This document shows positions 30,501 to 43,369 of a stretch of DNA of 64,000 bases, piece after piece (position 1 is the stretch's first letter; every line of letters starts with the position of its first letter). This DNA is from Hormiphora californensis (Eukaryota; Animalia; Ctenophora): the NCBI GenBank assembly GCA_020137815.1, contig CM035358.1, positions 7,688,001 to 7,752,000 of the forward strand, read 5' to 3'. The notes beneath the pieces were generated by a model that was given only the letters and a program-made list of their open reading frames with translations, searched no databases and was not told the origin of the DNA. Position numbers and translations under genes: made by a program.

Positions 30501-33500
30501 GAGAGAGGGAGATTGGGGAATGAAAGAGAGAAAGAGAGATGGCTGGGGTGTTATGGTGAACTTCCAGAAGAAGGGAAAACAGGAAGGTAAGAACATGGAG
30601 AGGGAGAGATAGAGAGAGGGAGATTGGGGAATGAAAGAGAGAAAGAGAGATGGCTGGGGTGTTATGGTGAACTTCCAGAAGAAGGGAAAACAGGAAGGTA
30701 AGAACATGGAGAGGGAGAGATAGAGAGAGAGGGAGATTGGGGAATGAAAGAGAGAAAGAGAGATGGCTGGGGTGTTATGGTGAACTTCCAGAAGAAGGGA
30801 AAACAGGAAGGTAAGAACATGGAGAGGGAGAGATAGAGAGAGGGAGATTGGGGAATGAAAGAGAGAAAGAGAGATGGCTGGGGTGTTATGGTGAACTTCC
30901 AGAAGAAGGGAAAACAGGAAGGTAAGAACATGGAGAGGGAGAGATAGAGAGAGGGAGATTGGGGAATGAAAGAGAGAAAGAGAGATGGCTGGGGTGTTAT
31001 GGTGAACTTCCAGAAGAAGGGAAAACAGGAAGGTAAGAACATGGAGAGGGAGAGATAGAGAGAGGGAGATTGGGGAATGAAAGAGAGAAAGAGAGATGGC
31101 TGGGGTGTTATGGTGAACTTCCAGAAGAAGGGAAAACAGGAAGGTAAGAACATGGAGAGGGAGAGATAGAGAGAGAGGGAGATTGGGGAATGAAAGAGAG
31201 AAAGAGAGATGGCTGGGGTGTTATGGTGAACTTCCAGAAGAAGGGAAAACAGGAAGGTAAGAACATGGAGAGGGAGAGATAGAGAGAGGGAGATTGGGGA
31301 ATGAAAGAGAGAAAGAGAGATGGCTGGGGTGTTATGGTGAACTTCCAGAAGAAGGGAAAACAGGAAGGTAAGAACATGGAGAGGGAGAGATAGAGAGAGA
31401 GGGAGATTGGGGAATGAAAGAGAGAAAGAGAGATGGCTGGGGTGTTATGGTGAACTTCCAGAAGAAGGGAAAACAGGAAGGTAAGAACATGGAGAGGGAG
31501 AGATAGAGAGAGGGAGATTGGGGAATGAAAGAGAGAAAGAGAGATGGCTGGGGTGTTATGGTGAACTTCCAGAAGAAGGGAAAACAGGAAGGTAAGAACA
31601 TGGAGAGGGAGAGATAGAGAGAGGGAGATTGGGGAATGAAAGAGAGAAAGAGAGATGGCTGGGGTGTTATGGTGAACTTCCAGAAGAAGGGAAAACAGGA
31701 AGGTAAGAACATGGAGAGGGAGAGATAGAGAGAGGGAGATTGGGGAATGAAAGAGAGAAAGAGAGATGGCTGGGGTGTTATGGTGAACTTCCAGAAGAAG
31801 GGAAAACAGGAAGGTAAGAACATGGAGAGGGAGAGATAGAGAGAGAGGGAGATTGGGGAATGAAAGAGAGAAAGAGAGATGGCTGGGGTGTTATGGTGAA
31901 CTTCCAGAAGAAGGGAAAACAGGAAGGTAAGAACATGGAGAGGGAGAGATAGAGAGAGGGAGATTGGGGAATGAAAGAGAGAAAGAGAGATGGCTGGGGT
32001 GTTATGGTGAACTTCCAGAAGAAGGGAAAACAGGAAGGTAAGAACATGGAGAGGGAGAGATAGAGAGAGGGAGATTGGGGAATGAAAGAGAGAAAGAGAG
32101 ATGGCTGGGGTGTTATGGTGAACTTCCAGAAGAAGGGAAAACAGGAAGGTAAGAACATGGAGAGGGAGAGATAGAGAGAGGGAGATTGGGGAATGAAAGA
32201 GAGAAAGAGAGATGGCTGGGGTGTTATGGTGAACTTCCAGAAGAAGGGAAAACAGGAAGGTAAGAACATGGAGAGGGAGAGATAGAGAGAGGGAGATTGG
32301 GGAATGAAAGAGAGAAAGAGAGATGGCTGGGGTGTTATGGTGAACTTCCAGAAGAAGGGAAAACAGGAAGGTAAGAACATGGAGAGGGAGAGATAGAGAG
32401 AGGGAGATTGGGGAATGAAAGAGAGAAAGAGAGATGGCTGGGGTGTTATGGTGAACTTCCAGAAGAAGGGAAAACAGGAAGGTAAGAACATGGAGAGGGA
32501 GAGATAGAGAGAGGGAGATTGGGGAATGAAAGAGAGAAAGAGAGATGGCTGGGGTGTTATGGTGAACTTCCAGAAGAAGGGAAAACAGGAAGGTAAGAAC
32601 ATGGAGAGGGAGAGATAGAGAGAGGGAGATTGGGGAATGAAAGAGAGAAAGAGAGATGGCTGGGGTGTTATGGTGAACTTCCAGAAGAAGGGAAAACAGG
32701 AAGGTAAGAACATGGAGAGGGAGAGATAGAGAGAGGGAGATTGGGGAATGAAAGAGAGAAAGAGAGATGGCTGGGGTGTTATGGTGAACTTCCAGAAGAA
32801 GGGAAAACAGGAAGGTAAGAACATGGAGAGGGAGAGATAGAGAGAGAGGGAGATTGGGGAATGAAAGAGAGAAAGAGAGATGGCTGGGGTGTTATGGTGA
32901 ACTTCCAGAAGAAGGGAAAACAGGAAGGTAAGAACATGGAGAGGGAGAGATAGAGAGAGGGAGATTGGGGAATGAAAGAGAGAAAGAGAGATGGCTGGGG
33001 TGTTATGGTGAACTTCCAGAAGAAGGGAAAACAGGAAGGTAAGAACATGGAGAGGGAGAGATAGAGAGAGGGAGATTGGGGAATGAAAGAGAGAAAGAGA
33101 GATGGCTGGGGTGTTATGGTGAACTTCCAGAAGAAGGGAAAACAGGAAGGTAAGAACATGGAGAGGGAGAGATAGAGAGAGGGAGATTGGGGAATGAAAG
33201 AGAGAAAGAGAGATGGCTGGGGTGTTATGGTGAACTTCCAGAAGAAGGGAAAACAGGAAGGTAAGAACATGGAGAGGGAGAGATAGAGAGAGAGGGAGAT
33301 TGGGGAATGAAAGAGAGAAAGAGAGATGGCTGGGGTGTTATGGTGAACTTCCAGAAGAAGGGAAAACAGGAAGGTAGGAACATGAGAGGAGAGATAGAGA
33401 GAGGGAGATTGGGGAATGAAAGAGAGAAAGAGAGATGGCTGGGGTGTTATGGTGAACTTCCAGAAGAAGGGAAAACAGGAAGGTAAGAACATGGAGAGGG

Positions 33501-36500
33501 AGAGATAGAGAGAGGGAGATTGGGGAATGAAAGAGAGAAAGAGAGATGGCTGGGGTGTTATGGTGAACTTCCAGAAGAAGGGAAAACAGGAAGGTAAGAA
33601 CATGGAGAGGGAGAGATAGAGAGAGGGAGATTGGGGAATGAAAGAGAGAAAGAGAGATGGCTGGGGTGTTATGGTGAACTTCCAGAAGAAGGGAAAACAG
33701 GAAGGTAAGAACATGGAGAGGGAGAGATAGAGAGAGAGGGAGATTGGGGAATGAAAGAGAGAAAGAGAGATGGCTGGGGTGTTATGGTGAACTTCCAGAA
33801 GAAGGGAAAACAGGAAGGTAAGAACATGGAGAGGGAGAGATAGAGAGAGGGAGATTGGGGAATGAAAGAGAGAAAGAGAGATGGCTGGGGTGTTATGGTG
33901 AACTTCCAGAAGAAGGGAAAACAGGAAGGTAAGAACATGGAGAGGGAGAGATAGAGAGAGGGAGATTGGGGAATGAAAGAGAGAAAGAGAGATGGCTGGG
34001 GTGTTATGGTGAACTTCCAGAAGAAGGGAAAACAGGAAGGTAAGAACATGGAGAGGGAGAGATAGAGAGAGAGGGAGATTGGGGAATGAAAGAGAGAAAG
34101 AGAGATGGCTGGGGTGTTATGGTGAACTTCCAGAAGAAGGGAAAACAGGAAGGTAAGAACATGGAGAGGGAGAGATAGAGAGAGAGGGAGATTGGGGAAT
34201 GAAAGAGAGAAAGAGAGATGGCTGGGGTGTTATGGTGAACTTCCAGAAGAAGGGAAAACAGGAAGGTAAGAACATGGAGAGGGAGAGATAGAGAGAGGGA
34301 GATTGGGGAATGAAAGAGAGAAAGAGAGATGGCTGGGGTGTTATGGTGAACTTCCAGAAGAAGGGAAAACAGGAAGGTAAGAACATGGAGAGGGAGAGAT
34401 AGAGAGAGAGGGAGATTGGGGAATGAAAGAGAGAAAGAGAGATGGCTGGGGTGTTATGGTGAACTTCCAGAAGAAGGGAAAACAGGAAGGTAAGAACATG
34501 GAGAGGGAGAGATAGAGAGAGAGGGAGATTGGGGAATGAAAGAGAGAAAGAGAGATGGCTGGGGTGTTATGGTGAACTTCCAGAAGAAGGGAAAACAGGA
34601 AGGTAAGAACATGGAGAGGGAGAGATAGAGAGAGGGAGATTGGGGAATGAAAGAGAGAAAGAGAGATGGCTGGGGTGTTATGGTGAACTTCCAGAAGAAG
34701 GGAAAACAGGAAGGTAAGAACATGGAGAGGGAGAGATAGAGAGAGGGAGATTGGGGAATGAAAGAGAGAAAGAGAGATGGCTGGGGTGTTATGGTGAACT
34801 TCCAGAAGAAGGGAAAACAGGAAGGTAAGAACATGGAGAGGGAGAGATAGAGAGAGAGGGAGATTGGGGAATGAAAGAGAGAAAGAGAGATGGCTGGGGT
34901 GTTATGGTGAACTTCCAGAAGAAGGGAAAACAGGAAGGTAAGAACATGGAGAGGGAGAGATAGAGAGAGAGGGAGATTGGGGAATGAAAGAGAGAAAGAG
35001 AGATGGCTGGGGTGTTATGGTGAACTTCCAGAAGAAGGGAAAACAGGAAGGTAAGAACATGGAGAGGGAGAGATAGAGAGAGGGAGATTGGGGAATGAAA
35101 GAGAGAAAGAGAGATGGCTGGGGTGTTATGGTGAACTTCCAGAAGAAGGGAAAACAGGAAGGTAAGAACATGGAGAGGGAGAGATAGAGAGAGGGAGATT
35201 GGGGAATGAAAGAGAGAAAGAGAGATGGCTGGGGTGTTATGGTGAACTTCCAGAAGAAGGGAAAACAGGAAGGTAAGAACATGGAGAGGGAGAGATAGAG
35301 AGAGGGAGATTGGGGAATGAAAGAGAGAAAGAGAGATGGCTGGGGTGTTATGGTGAACTTCCAGAAGAAGGGAAAACAGGAAGGTAAGAACATGGAGAGG
35401 GAGAGATAGAGAGAGAGGGAGATTGGGGAATGAAAGAGAGAAAGAGAGATGGCTGGGGTGTTATGGTGAACTTCCAGAAGAAGGGAAAACAGGAAGGTAA
35501 GAACATGGAGAGGGAGAGATAGAGAGAGAGGGAGATTGGGGAATGAAAGAGAGAAAGAGAGATGGCTGGGGTGTTATGGTGAACTTCCAGAAGAAGGGAA
35601 AACAGGAAGGTAAGAACATGGAGAGGGAGAGATAGAGAGAGAGGGAGATTGGGGAATGAAAGAGAGAAAGAGAGATGGCTGGGGTGTTATGGTGAACTTC
35701 CAGAAGAAGGGAAAACAGGAAGGTAAGAACATAGAGAGGGAGAGATAGAGAGAGAGGGAGATTGGGGAATGAAAGAGAGAAAGAGAGATGGCTGGGGTGT
35801 TATGGTGAACTTCCAGAAGAAGGGAAAACAGGAAGGTAAGAACATGGAGAGGGAGAGATAGAGAGAGAGGGAGATTGGGGAATGAAAGAGAGAAAGAGAG
35901 ATGGCTGGGGTGTTATGGTGAACTTCCAGAAGAAGGGAAAACAGGAAGGTAAGAACATAGAGAGGGAGAGATAGAGAGAGGGAGATTGGGGAATGAAAGA
36001 GAGAAAGAGAGATGGCTGGGGTGTTATGGTGAACTTCCAGAAGAAGGGAAAACAGGAAGGTAAGAACATGGAGAGGGAGAGATAGAGAGAGGGAGATTGG
36101 GGAATGAAAGAGAGAAAGAGAGATGGCTGGGGTGTTATGGTGAACTTCCAGAAGAAGGGAAAACAGGAAGGTAAGAACATGGAGAGGGAGAGATAGAGAG
36201 AGGGAGATTGGGGAATGAAAGAGAGAAAGAGAGATGGCTGGGGTGTTATGGTGAACTTCCAGAAGAAGGGAAAACAGGAAGGTAAGAACATGGAGAGGGA
36301 GAGATAGAGAGAGAGGAGATTGGGGAATGAAAGAGAGAAAGAGAGATGGCTGGGGTGTTATGGTGAACTTCCAGAAGAAGGGAAAACAGGAAGGTAAGAA
36401 CATGAAAAGGAAAACGAGAAGAAGGGGGGAGTGGAAGAGATGGGGAAGAAAGAGAGAAAGGGATGCTGGGTGTGGGATCCGAGAGGAAAACGAGGAGAGG

Positions 36501-39500
36501 GGAGGAAGGAGGGAGATTGGATGAGAGAGAAGAGAGAGGGGGTCGAAGGGAAAAGGAAGGTGTGAGGAGGAGAAGAGGAGGGAATGAAGGAGAAGAGAGA
36601 TGGTGAGGGATGGTGAATTCCAGAGAAGGAAAAGGGAAGGAGATGGGAAAGAGGAAAAGAGAGGGGGGTTAGGGAATTCGGAAGGGAACAGGAAGGAGAA
36701 CAGGAAGGAGGAAGAAGAGGGAGATGGGGAATGAAAGAGAAGAGAGATGTGGGTGTTTGTGAACTTCCAGAAGAAGGGAAACAGGAAGGTAAGAACATGG
36801 AGGGAGAGAGAGAGAGGGAGATGGGAAGAAAGAGAAAGAGAGATGGCTGGGGGTTGGTGACAGAAAGAAGGAAAACAGGAGGAAGAAAGGAGGGGAGAAG
36901 AGAGAGGAGATTGGGATGAGGAGAAAAAGAGGGGGTAGGTGAACTAGAAGAGGGAAAAAGGAAGGTAGATGGGAGGAAGAAGAAAGAGAGATGGGGGGTA
37001 GGGAAAGAAGGGCGGGGTAACTGAGAGGGGAAAAAGGAGAGGAGAAGGGGAAGAAGAAGAGAGGAAAGGAGAGGCTGGGGTGTTGGGAACTTCCAAAGAA
37101 GGGAAAACGGAAGGTAAGAAAGGAGAGGAAGTAGAGAGAGGGAGATTGGGAATGAAAGAGAGAAGAGGTGGTGGGGTTGGAATCAGAAGAAGGAAAACAG
37201 GAAGGAAGAAGGAGAGGGAGAGGAGAGAGAGAGATGGGGGGAGGAGGATGTGGTTAGGGAACGGAAGGAAAACAGGAAGGAGAAGGAGAGGAGGAGAAGA
37301 GAAGGAGATGGGGATGAGGGAAAAAGGGGGGAGGTGAACTGAGAAGAGGAAAAAGGAAGGGAAGAAAGGAAGAGGATGGGGGAAGAAGAAAGGGTGAAGA
37401 GAAGAAGGGAAGGGAGAAAGAGAGGGGAGGATGAGAGAAAAAGGAGGTAGAGAGGAAAGAGGGAAGGAAGAAGAAGGAGGGGAGAGAGAGGAGGGAGAAA
37501 GGAGGAGAGGGGGGGAATGGAGAAAAAGAAGAAGGTGGGGTAGATAGAGAGGGAAGGAGGAGAAGGAGAGAGAGAGGGTTGGAATAAAGAGGAAAAAAGG
37601 GTAGAACTGAAAGAAAGGAAGGAGATGGAGGGAAAGAAGAGGAGATGGGGATAGAGAAGGAGGGGAACAAGGAAAAGAGAAAGAGGGGAGATGGAAGAGA
37701 GAAGAAGGGGTGGGAGGAAGGAAGGAAAAAGAGGAGAAGGAGGGAGATGGAGAGGAGAGGGGGGGGGGGAGGGAAGAAGAAGGAAGGGTAGAATGAGGGG
37801 AAAAAAGGAGGGAGGGGGGTGTGGGTAGGATAAGAAGGAAAAGAAGAAAAGAGAGGGGAGGGGAGGAGAAAGAGAGAGGGGGGTGTATTAAGAAGGGAAA
37901 ACAGGAGGTAAATGGGGGAGAGAAAGAGAGGGAGATTGGGAATGAAAGAGAAAGAGATGGCTGGGTGTATGGTGACTCAGAGAAGGAAAACGGAAGGTAG
38001 AACATGGGAGGAGATGGAGAGAGGAAGAAGAAAGAGGAGGGTGTTGGTGAGAAGAGGGGGTGGAAGAAGAGGAAGGAGTAGAAGAGAGGAAGAAAGAGAA
38101 GAGATGGGGGAGGAAGAGAGGAGTAGTGACAGAGAAGGAAAGGAGGAAAAAAGAAGAGGAGAGGGGATGGAAAGAGAAAAGAGTGGGATGGGAAAAGAAG
38201 GAAGAAGAAGAAAGGGGAGGAGAGAGATGAAAAGAAAGAAGGAGGTGTGGGGTGGTGAAGAGAGAAGGAAGGAGAGGAGAGAGAGAAGGGAGGAGAGAGA
38301 AAAGGAGTGGGGGTAGGATAAGAGAAAAGAAGTGGGAGGAAGAAGGGAAGGAAAAGAAGGGGGTAGGGAGAGAAGAAAAGGAGGGGGGGAGAAGAAAGAA
38401 GGAGAAAAGGAGGAGAGAGGGGATGGAAAAGAAGGGAGAGGAGAAAGAGAATAAAAGGAGAGGGAGGAGGAAGGAGAGGGAGAGGGGAGAGGGAAGGAAA
38501 AGGAAAAAGGGGAGGAAAAGAGAGGAGAAAGAAGGAAAGAAGGGGGGTTTGGTGGAAGAAAGAAGAAGGAAAAAAAGGAAGAAGAGGAGGAGAGGGGGGG
38601 AAGAAGGGGAGAAGGGGGGATGAAGAGAAGGGAAAGAGGAGAAGATGGAGAGAAGAGAAGGAGAGGAGAAAGAGAATGGGGAATGAAAGATGAAAAAAGA
38701 AGAAGGGGAGGGAATCGGAGAAGAAGAAGAAGGAGTAGGTATTGATAGAGGGTACAGAGGTTGGAATGGAGATGAGATCGGGGGTCTATGGATAGAAGAG
38801 GGAATGGAGGTTAGGACCGGAGGAAGAGAGGATGGCAGGGAAGGAAGAGGGAGGGCGTAGTGAAGAGGGTCATCTTAGGTAAACAACACAGCAGCTGCAA
38901 AAGTGTATCGAATGGAGTAAGGGAGGTCAGAGTGCCGCTATGTACATCTGATACGGGGTTCCGCAGTGACTATATGACCCAAAGAATGGTAGCGAGAGGT
39001 AAGAGGGGGATATTCGGTATAAGTGAGAAGAGTGAAGGTTAAAAAAAAAAAGAAAGTATGGGTATTTGAATTAATCAAAATAGAGAAAAGGTCTGTTTTT
39101 GGTATTCCAGAACAATGTATAACTATAAAAATAATGGGATGACAGGAAACTTAGAATTAACAAGGGCGGTACCCCTCATCATATTGGACAGTTTTTCTAG
39201 AACTTGTTTATCGGGAAACCAGTATTGGATAGTTATACGTTTATAACTCGTCTCATCATCAGAAAACAGGGAGAGTGTGGGTAAGAGTTTGAGGGAGGTT
39301 CAGAAGAGGTTCCCCGATGGAGTGCCCCTCTTGGACCCAGTTGAGGACATGAAGATTAAGGAGGGCGCCTTTGAGGAAACTGTGAGGAAGATCGAGACAC
39401 TGGAACACAGGTAAACAACTGTCTTGTAATATGTTTGGATGGTAACGAAGTAACAGCTCCCTTGCCAGCGCGCGAAGTTCGCGAGGCGACCCGAGGGGTT

Positions 39501-41592
39501 ATTTCGTAACCAATATGTTTGTAGGGTTTGTGTACTGCATGTAGCCCAAAAATACGCTGTCTCAGAAAATATGCAGTTAAGATTCTAATAGTTTAAAATG
39601 ATATGATCATTTAGGATGCAACCCCGCTCGATTTTTATACCGTTTATATCCCCCACAATCTTACAATTATCGTTTAACATGCATAATGGGTTCGCAGAGC
39701 CCTCAAAAATGCATACCTTTCTTGAACGGGGGATCTTTCTCTCACAAATACATAATATTAAACGGTACAAAGAATCCCGCGAAGAATATTCTGACTAGTT
39801 TGTATATTTTCTATTAACCTGTCAGAACAATAACTCCCGGGGGGGTCTTGCTCCACTCACAGGAGAGGAGGGGGCTAGATCTTGCTCCACTGTATAGTTT
39901 GACAGGTTTATATCGTCCCATCAAGGGGCGTGTGATCAAACTATCAACTTCCATTTTGATAAGTAAATTAATCATAACCCCATTTCCCAGACTTTACAAG
40001 AACTCCCCCCCCCCCCACTAAACAACTATCCCCCACCCCAGGCTGTTCAAGCACCCCCTGCACAATGATCCCAAGTTAGAGGACACCCCCCCCCCCAACT
40101 AACCCCCCTCCCCCACTAAACAACTACCTCCCAGGCTGTACAAGCACCCCCTACACAATGATCCCAAGTTAGAGGAAACGTATGAGTTATGCGAGAAGAA
40201 GAACAACCTGGCTATCAGGTGTAGGGACACGAAACAGGAGCTACGAGACGCACGAACAGGTATTACATAGTCACGTGATCGGATTATGCACGTGATCGGA
40301 TTATAATGCACGTGATCAGAATTTGTTATCTGTAGTACGTGATCAGTGGTTAAATATCCACTCCTGACAATTATTTTCTTCTTTTTTTATACCTTATCAT
40401 TTCCAAGTCAAATACCTTATCATTTCAAGATAAAAAAGACTGCTCCTTCATAAACAAATCTGTTTCAGTGTTACAGCTTGATGAGCTGAAATCAAGGAAG
40501 AGAGTTTTAAGAAGATTAGGGTACTGTAACAACGCTGATGTTATCGAGACCAAGGGGAGGGTGGCTTGTGAAATCTCAACTGGTAATTAGCTAATTATTA
40601 ATTAGGATGGTACATAGATTTAGTTAGGATGAAATTCTTTCGATCCTTTCAGGAAATTGGTTTCTCTAATTTAATATTTCAGGTCAAGAGTTGGCGTTAG
40701 CAGAGCTGATATTCAACGGATCCTTCAATGATCTAGATCCAGCTGTTATAGCAGCTGTTCTGAGCTGTTTTGTATTTGAGGAAGGAGTGAAGGATGCACC
40801 AGAGCTTACTAAGGAGAGTCTAAAAGGTAATGAATAGGAGCTGGAAGCACTGAATATTATCTTTTGATAGTTATTGATCCACCCTTACCTACTCATTAGT
40901 ATATATGTCAAAAAGGTAATTGTATATAGGGGCACGAGGTAAATGACCTGTTCTAAAGGGATTGATTAACACCCCTCCCTTCTTCCATCAGGTCCGTACC
41001 GGCAGGTTCAGGAGGTGGCACGACGTATTGCCCAAGTTGAGAACGAGTGTAAATTGGAAACCAACGTTGAGGAGTATGTAGGAAAGTTCAAATGGGAGCT
41101 GATGGAAGTTACACACGCTTGGGCTAGCGTAAGTTTGGAAAACTCATTTTTTGCTCCTTCATAAATCTATCTATTCGGCAAGAATTGCTCCTTTATAAAA
41201 CAAACTATCCACATTATAGGGTGCAAAGTTCCACGACATATGCAAGATGACACCTGTATTTGAGGGTAGCATTATTCGAGTGATGAGGAGGCTTGAAGAA
41301 TTGATTCGACAGATGATCAACGCTGCAAAAGCAATCGGTAATGTCACGTGATTTTTAGGTCATAATTTGAATCTTGAATCTTGATTATTAGGGCTTGGGA
41401 TCGAAGAATCACCCTTGCAGTATACTTACAACAAGTCCCCAGAACTTCTTTACAACTTGTTTAGCAACCTGTTATTCCCAGATATTCGATACAATTTTGT
41501 TTCCAGGTAACAACGATTTAGAAGTGAAGTTTAGTGACGCCAGCCTCGCAATTAAGAGGGATATCGTTTTCGCTGCGAGTCTCTACCTATAA
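14568..41592 (+). CDS. MTREX: Exosome RNA helicase MTR4 (Ski2-like), about 23 exons
   Basis: [97 protein letters not shown]-terminus [13 protein letters not shown]. One KOW-region exon near 38800-39000 is garbled. Confidence 0.97.
14773..15643. mobile_element. Non-autonomous structured insertion in MTREX intron 1
   Basis: Imperfect 28-bp direct repeats (14773-14800, 15616-15643), a multi-hairpin block at 14806-15030, a (GA)n tract and a terminal hairpin at ~15563-15620. Confidence 0.55.
20808..22366. mobile_element. Foldback element with ~750-bp inverted arms and a ~57-bp spacer
   Basis: 20808-21557 is the reverse complement of 21615-22366 with a few substitutions; mirrored ORFs 21012..21257(+) and 21915..22160(-). 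Confidence 0.8.
22944..25269. mobile_element. Non-autonomous element inserted in (TA)n, with an internal 773-bp tandem duplication
   Basis: Ends GGGGGGGTGCAGCCC / GGGCTGCACCCCCCC between TATATA runs; subterminal hairpin CCGGGTGAATGCC-GAA-GGCATTCACCCGG; duplicated ORFs offset by 773 bp; T-rich/A-rich internal palindrome at ~24248-24616. Confidence 0.75.
25386..36404 (+). repeat. Tandem array, 111/113-bp unit, roughly 95-100 copies, derived from an MTREX exon end, donor and intron start
   Basis: Unit GGCTGGGGTGTTATGGTGAACTTCCAGAAGAAGGGAAAACAGGAAG|GTAAGAACATGG...; the first copy is the real exon 25322-25431. Confidence 0.97.
36405..38850 (+). repeat. Degenerate purine-rich continuation of the array (probably low-quality sequence)
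   Basis: Unit fragments (GAACTTCCAGAAGAAGGGAAACAGGAAGGT) fade progressively into near-random A/G. Confidence 0.7.
39440..39512. mobile_element. Tiny TGGTAACGAA-type MITE
   Basis: TGGTAACGAAGTAAC...GTTATTTCGTAACCA; flanks ATATGTTTGGA / ATATGTTTGTA. Confidence 0.65.
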
Positions 41593-41826
41593 AAGAACAC
41601 TGTTTTCCGACTCCCCTCCCTTTTTACTAACTTATTATTCACACGCAAAATGTTTTAATATATTGGAGTTTAATATAATATCACACAAATGATATATAAT
41701 TTATTGTACTACAGAAAATGCACACATGAGTGTGTGTATCTTGAGTATATCTCTTTTACAATCTGTGTGCATGTATTCCTTATCTCTCTACTATCTCTAT
41801 TATATTAACCCCATATTTTAGCTGAA

Positions 41827-43307
41827 ATGGGAGAGAGGAAAGGGGTTAACAAGTATTATCCACCCGATTTTGATCCTGCAAAGGTATTTTATAGATCAGG
41901 ATATATGAACTATGAACGTTTGTAGCTTGGCGCGTTATCAAGTTGGCTGTCGCCAGCGCGAGCTGGCGATAGCCAACTGGAGTTTAATCGCCCGGCAGGG
42001 CGATTAAACTGGTTTAAATCACGACCCCGAACCCGAGGCGCAGCCGAGGGTGAGGGGGAGGCGATTTAAACCTATAACGTGACAAGCTAACAAACTTTCA
42101 TAGTTTATGAAACCCGATAGCAATTTCACACTAACAAGAGACACAACACAAGGTAAAACACACAAGGAGTACTGGAAAATAGTCAACAGACGTCCCCAAA
42201 CTGTGTGTAGACTAACTGGCACCTAGTTGCAACTGTTCCTAACATATTTGAGTAAGAGAGAGGAAGATTGGGGCTAATACACACAGTGAGAGATATTGAA
42301 CAGTAAAAGAGAGAATGAGAGAGAGAAGAGATAGGAATGCGATTCTTTTGACTTTTTATGAGAGAGATAACATTGAAAAGTGTTGCAGATGTGTTCCCCT
42401 CTCTGTTATTGACAGAACTGTGTGTTTACACACATTTTATTTACTCTGAATTTTACACGCATGTTATTCAAATGAAGAGAAATGCGTGAAAAAGAGAGCG
42501 GGACTGTTAAAACGCGAGAAGGGTGTTAAATCCCCCAGTTAGCAGTTATCATGAGCGCGCAAAATGTTCAAACGACTGTTAAATCAGCTATCGGGTTTCA
42601 TATAATATTATCTCCTATAACTAATTGCCTATAACTAACAGTTTATCTCCACTAAATCGCGGAGTTTTTACCAGGTCCCGAATTATATAGTTTAACAGTT
42701 GCGGCAGAAAGAATATGAATTATAATATGATCTCTCACACGGTATAACACAACCAAAACTAAAACTCCCCTCCTGCAGCATCGTGGTCTTGATAAATACC
42801 ATGGGACACATCCGCTCCGAGAGAGGGCCTCTAAACTCCATCTGGGGATCCTGGTTATACGATTTGAGATGCCCTTCAACATTTGGTGTGGAGGGTGTAA
42901 TAGCCACATTGGAATGGGTGAGTGCACCAAACAACATCATGGGGATTCAGTTTTCAATTCCCCGTATTCATTTGTTTTAGAGTTCTTGACGCCACTCTGG
43001 TGACTGGATCACTTGCCTAGCTAGACTGTGTTTCGCGCGCCCCGGGAGGGTTAGAACAATGGATCACACGTACCATCAGTGGATCATATGAGACGTCTAA
43101 AATTATTTTCAGGTCTTACTTCTTAGACTAAGTCTTCTGTCTTAGAATCCCTTCTCTTTCAGGTGTGAGGTATAATGCAGAGAAGAAGAAAATTGGAAAA
43201 TACTACACGACACCAATCTGGCAGTTTAGAATGAAATGCCATCTGTGTGACAACTATATTGAGATGCATACGGATCCTAAAAACTTTGATTATCTGGTAC
43301 ATACCTG

Positions 43308-43369
<62 letters not shown>

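Noticed and set aside
25622-36403. Long minus-strand ORFs with a 37-aa repeat ([13 protein letters not shown]...)
   Set aside because: By-product of a stop-free 111-bp unit; frames break at every 113-bp variant.
25386-36404. CRISPR-like regularity
   Set aside because: No unique spacers, no cas genes, eukaryotic intron; a plain tandem array.
36405-39050. Purine-rich ORFs and apparent loss of an MTREX KOW exon
   Set aside because: Progressive degradation of the array. A garbled remnant (TATATGACCCAAAGA, donor ~38999) sits where the exon belongs, so a sequencing problem is likelier than real exon loss.
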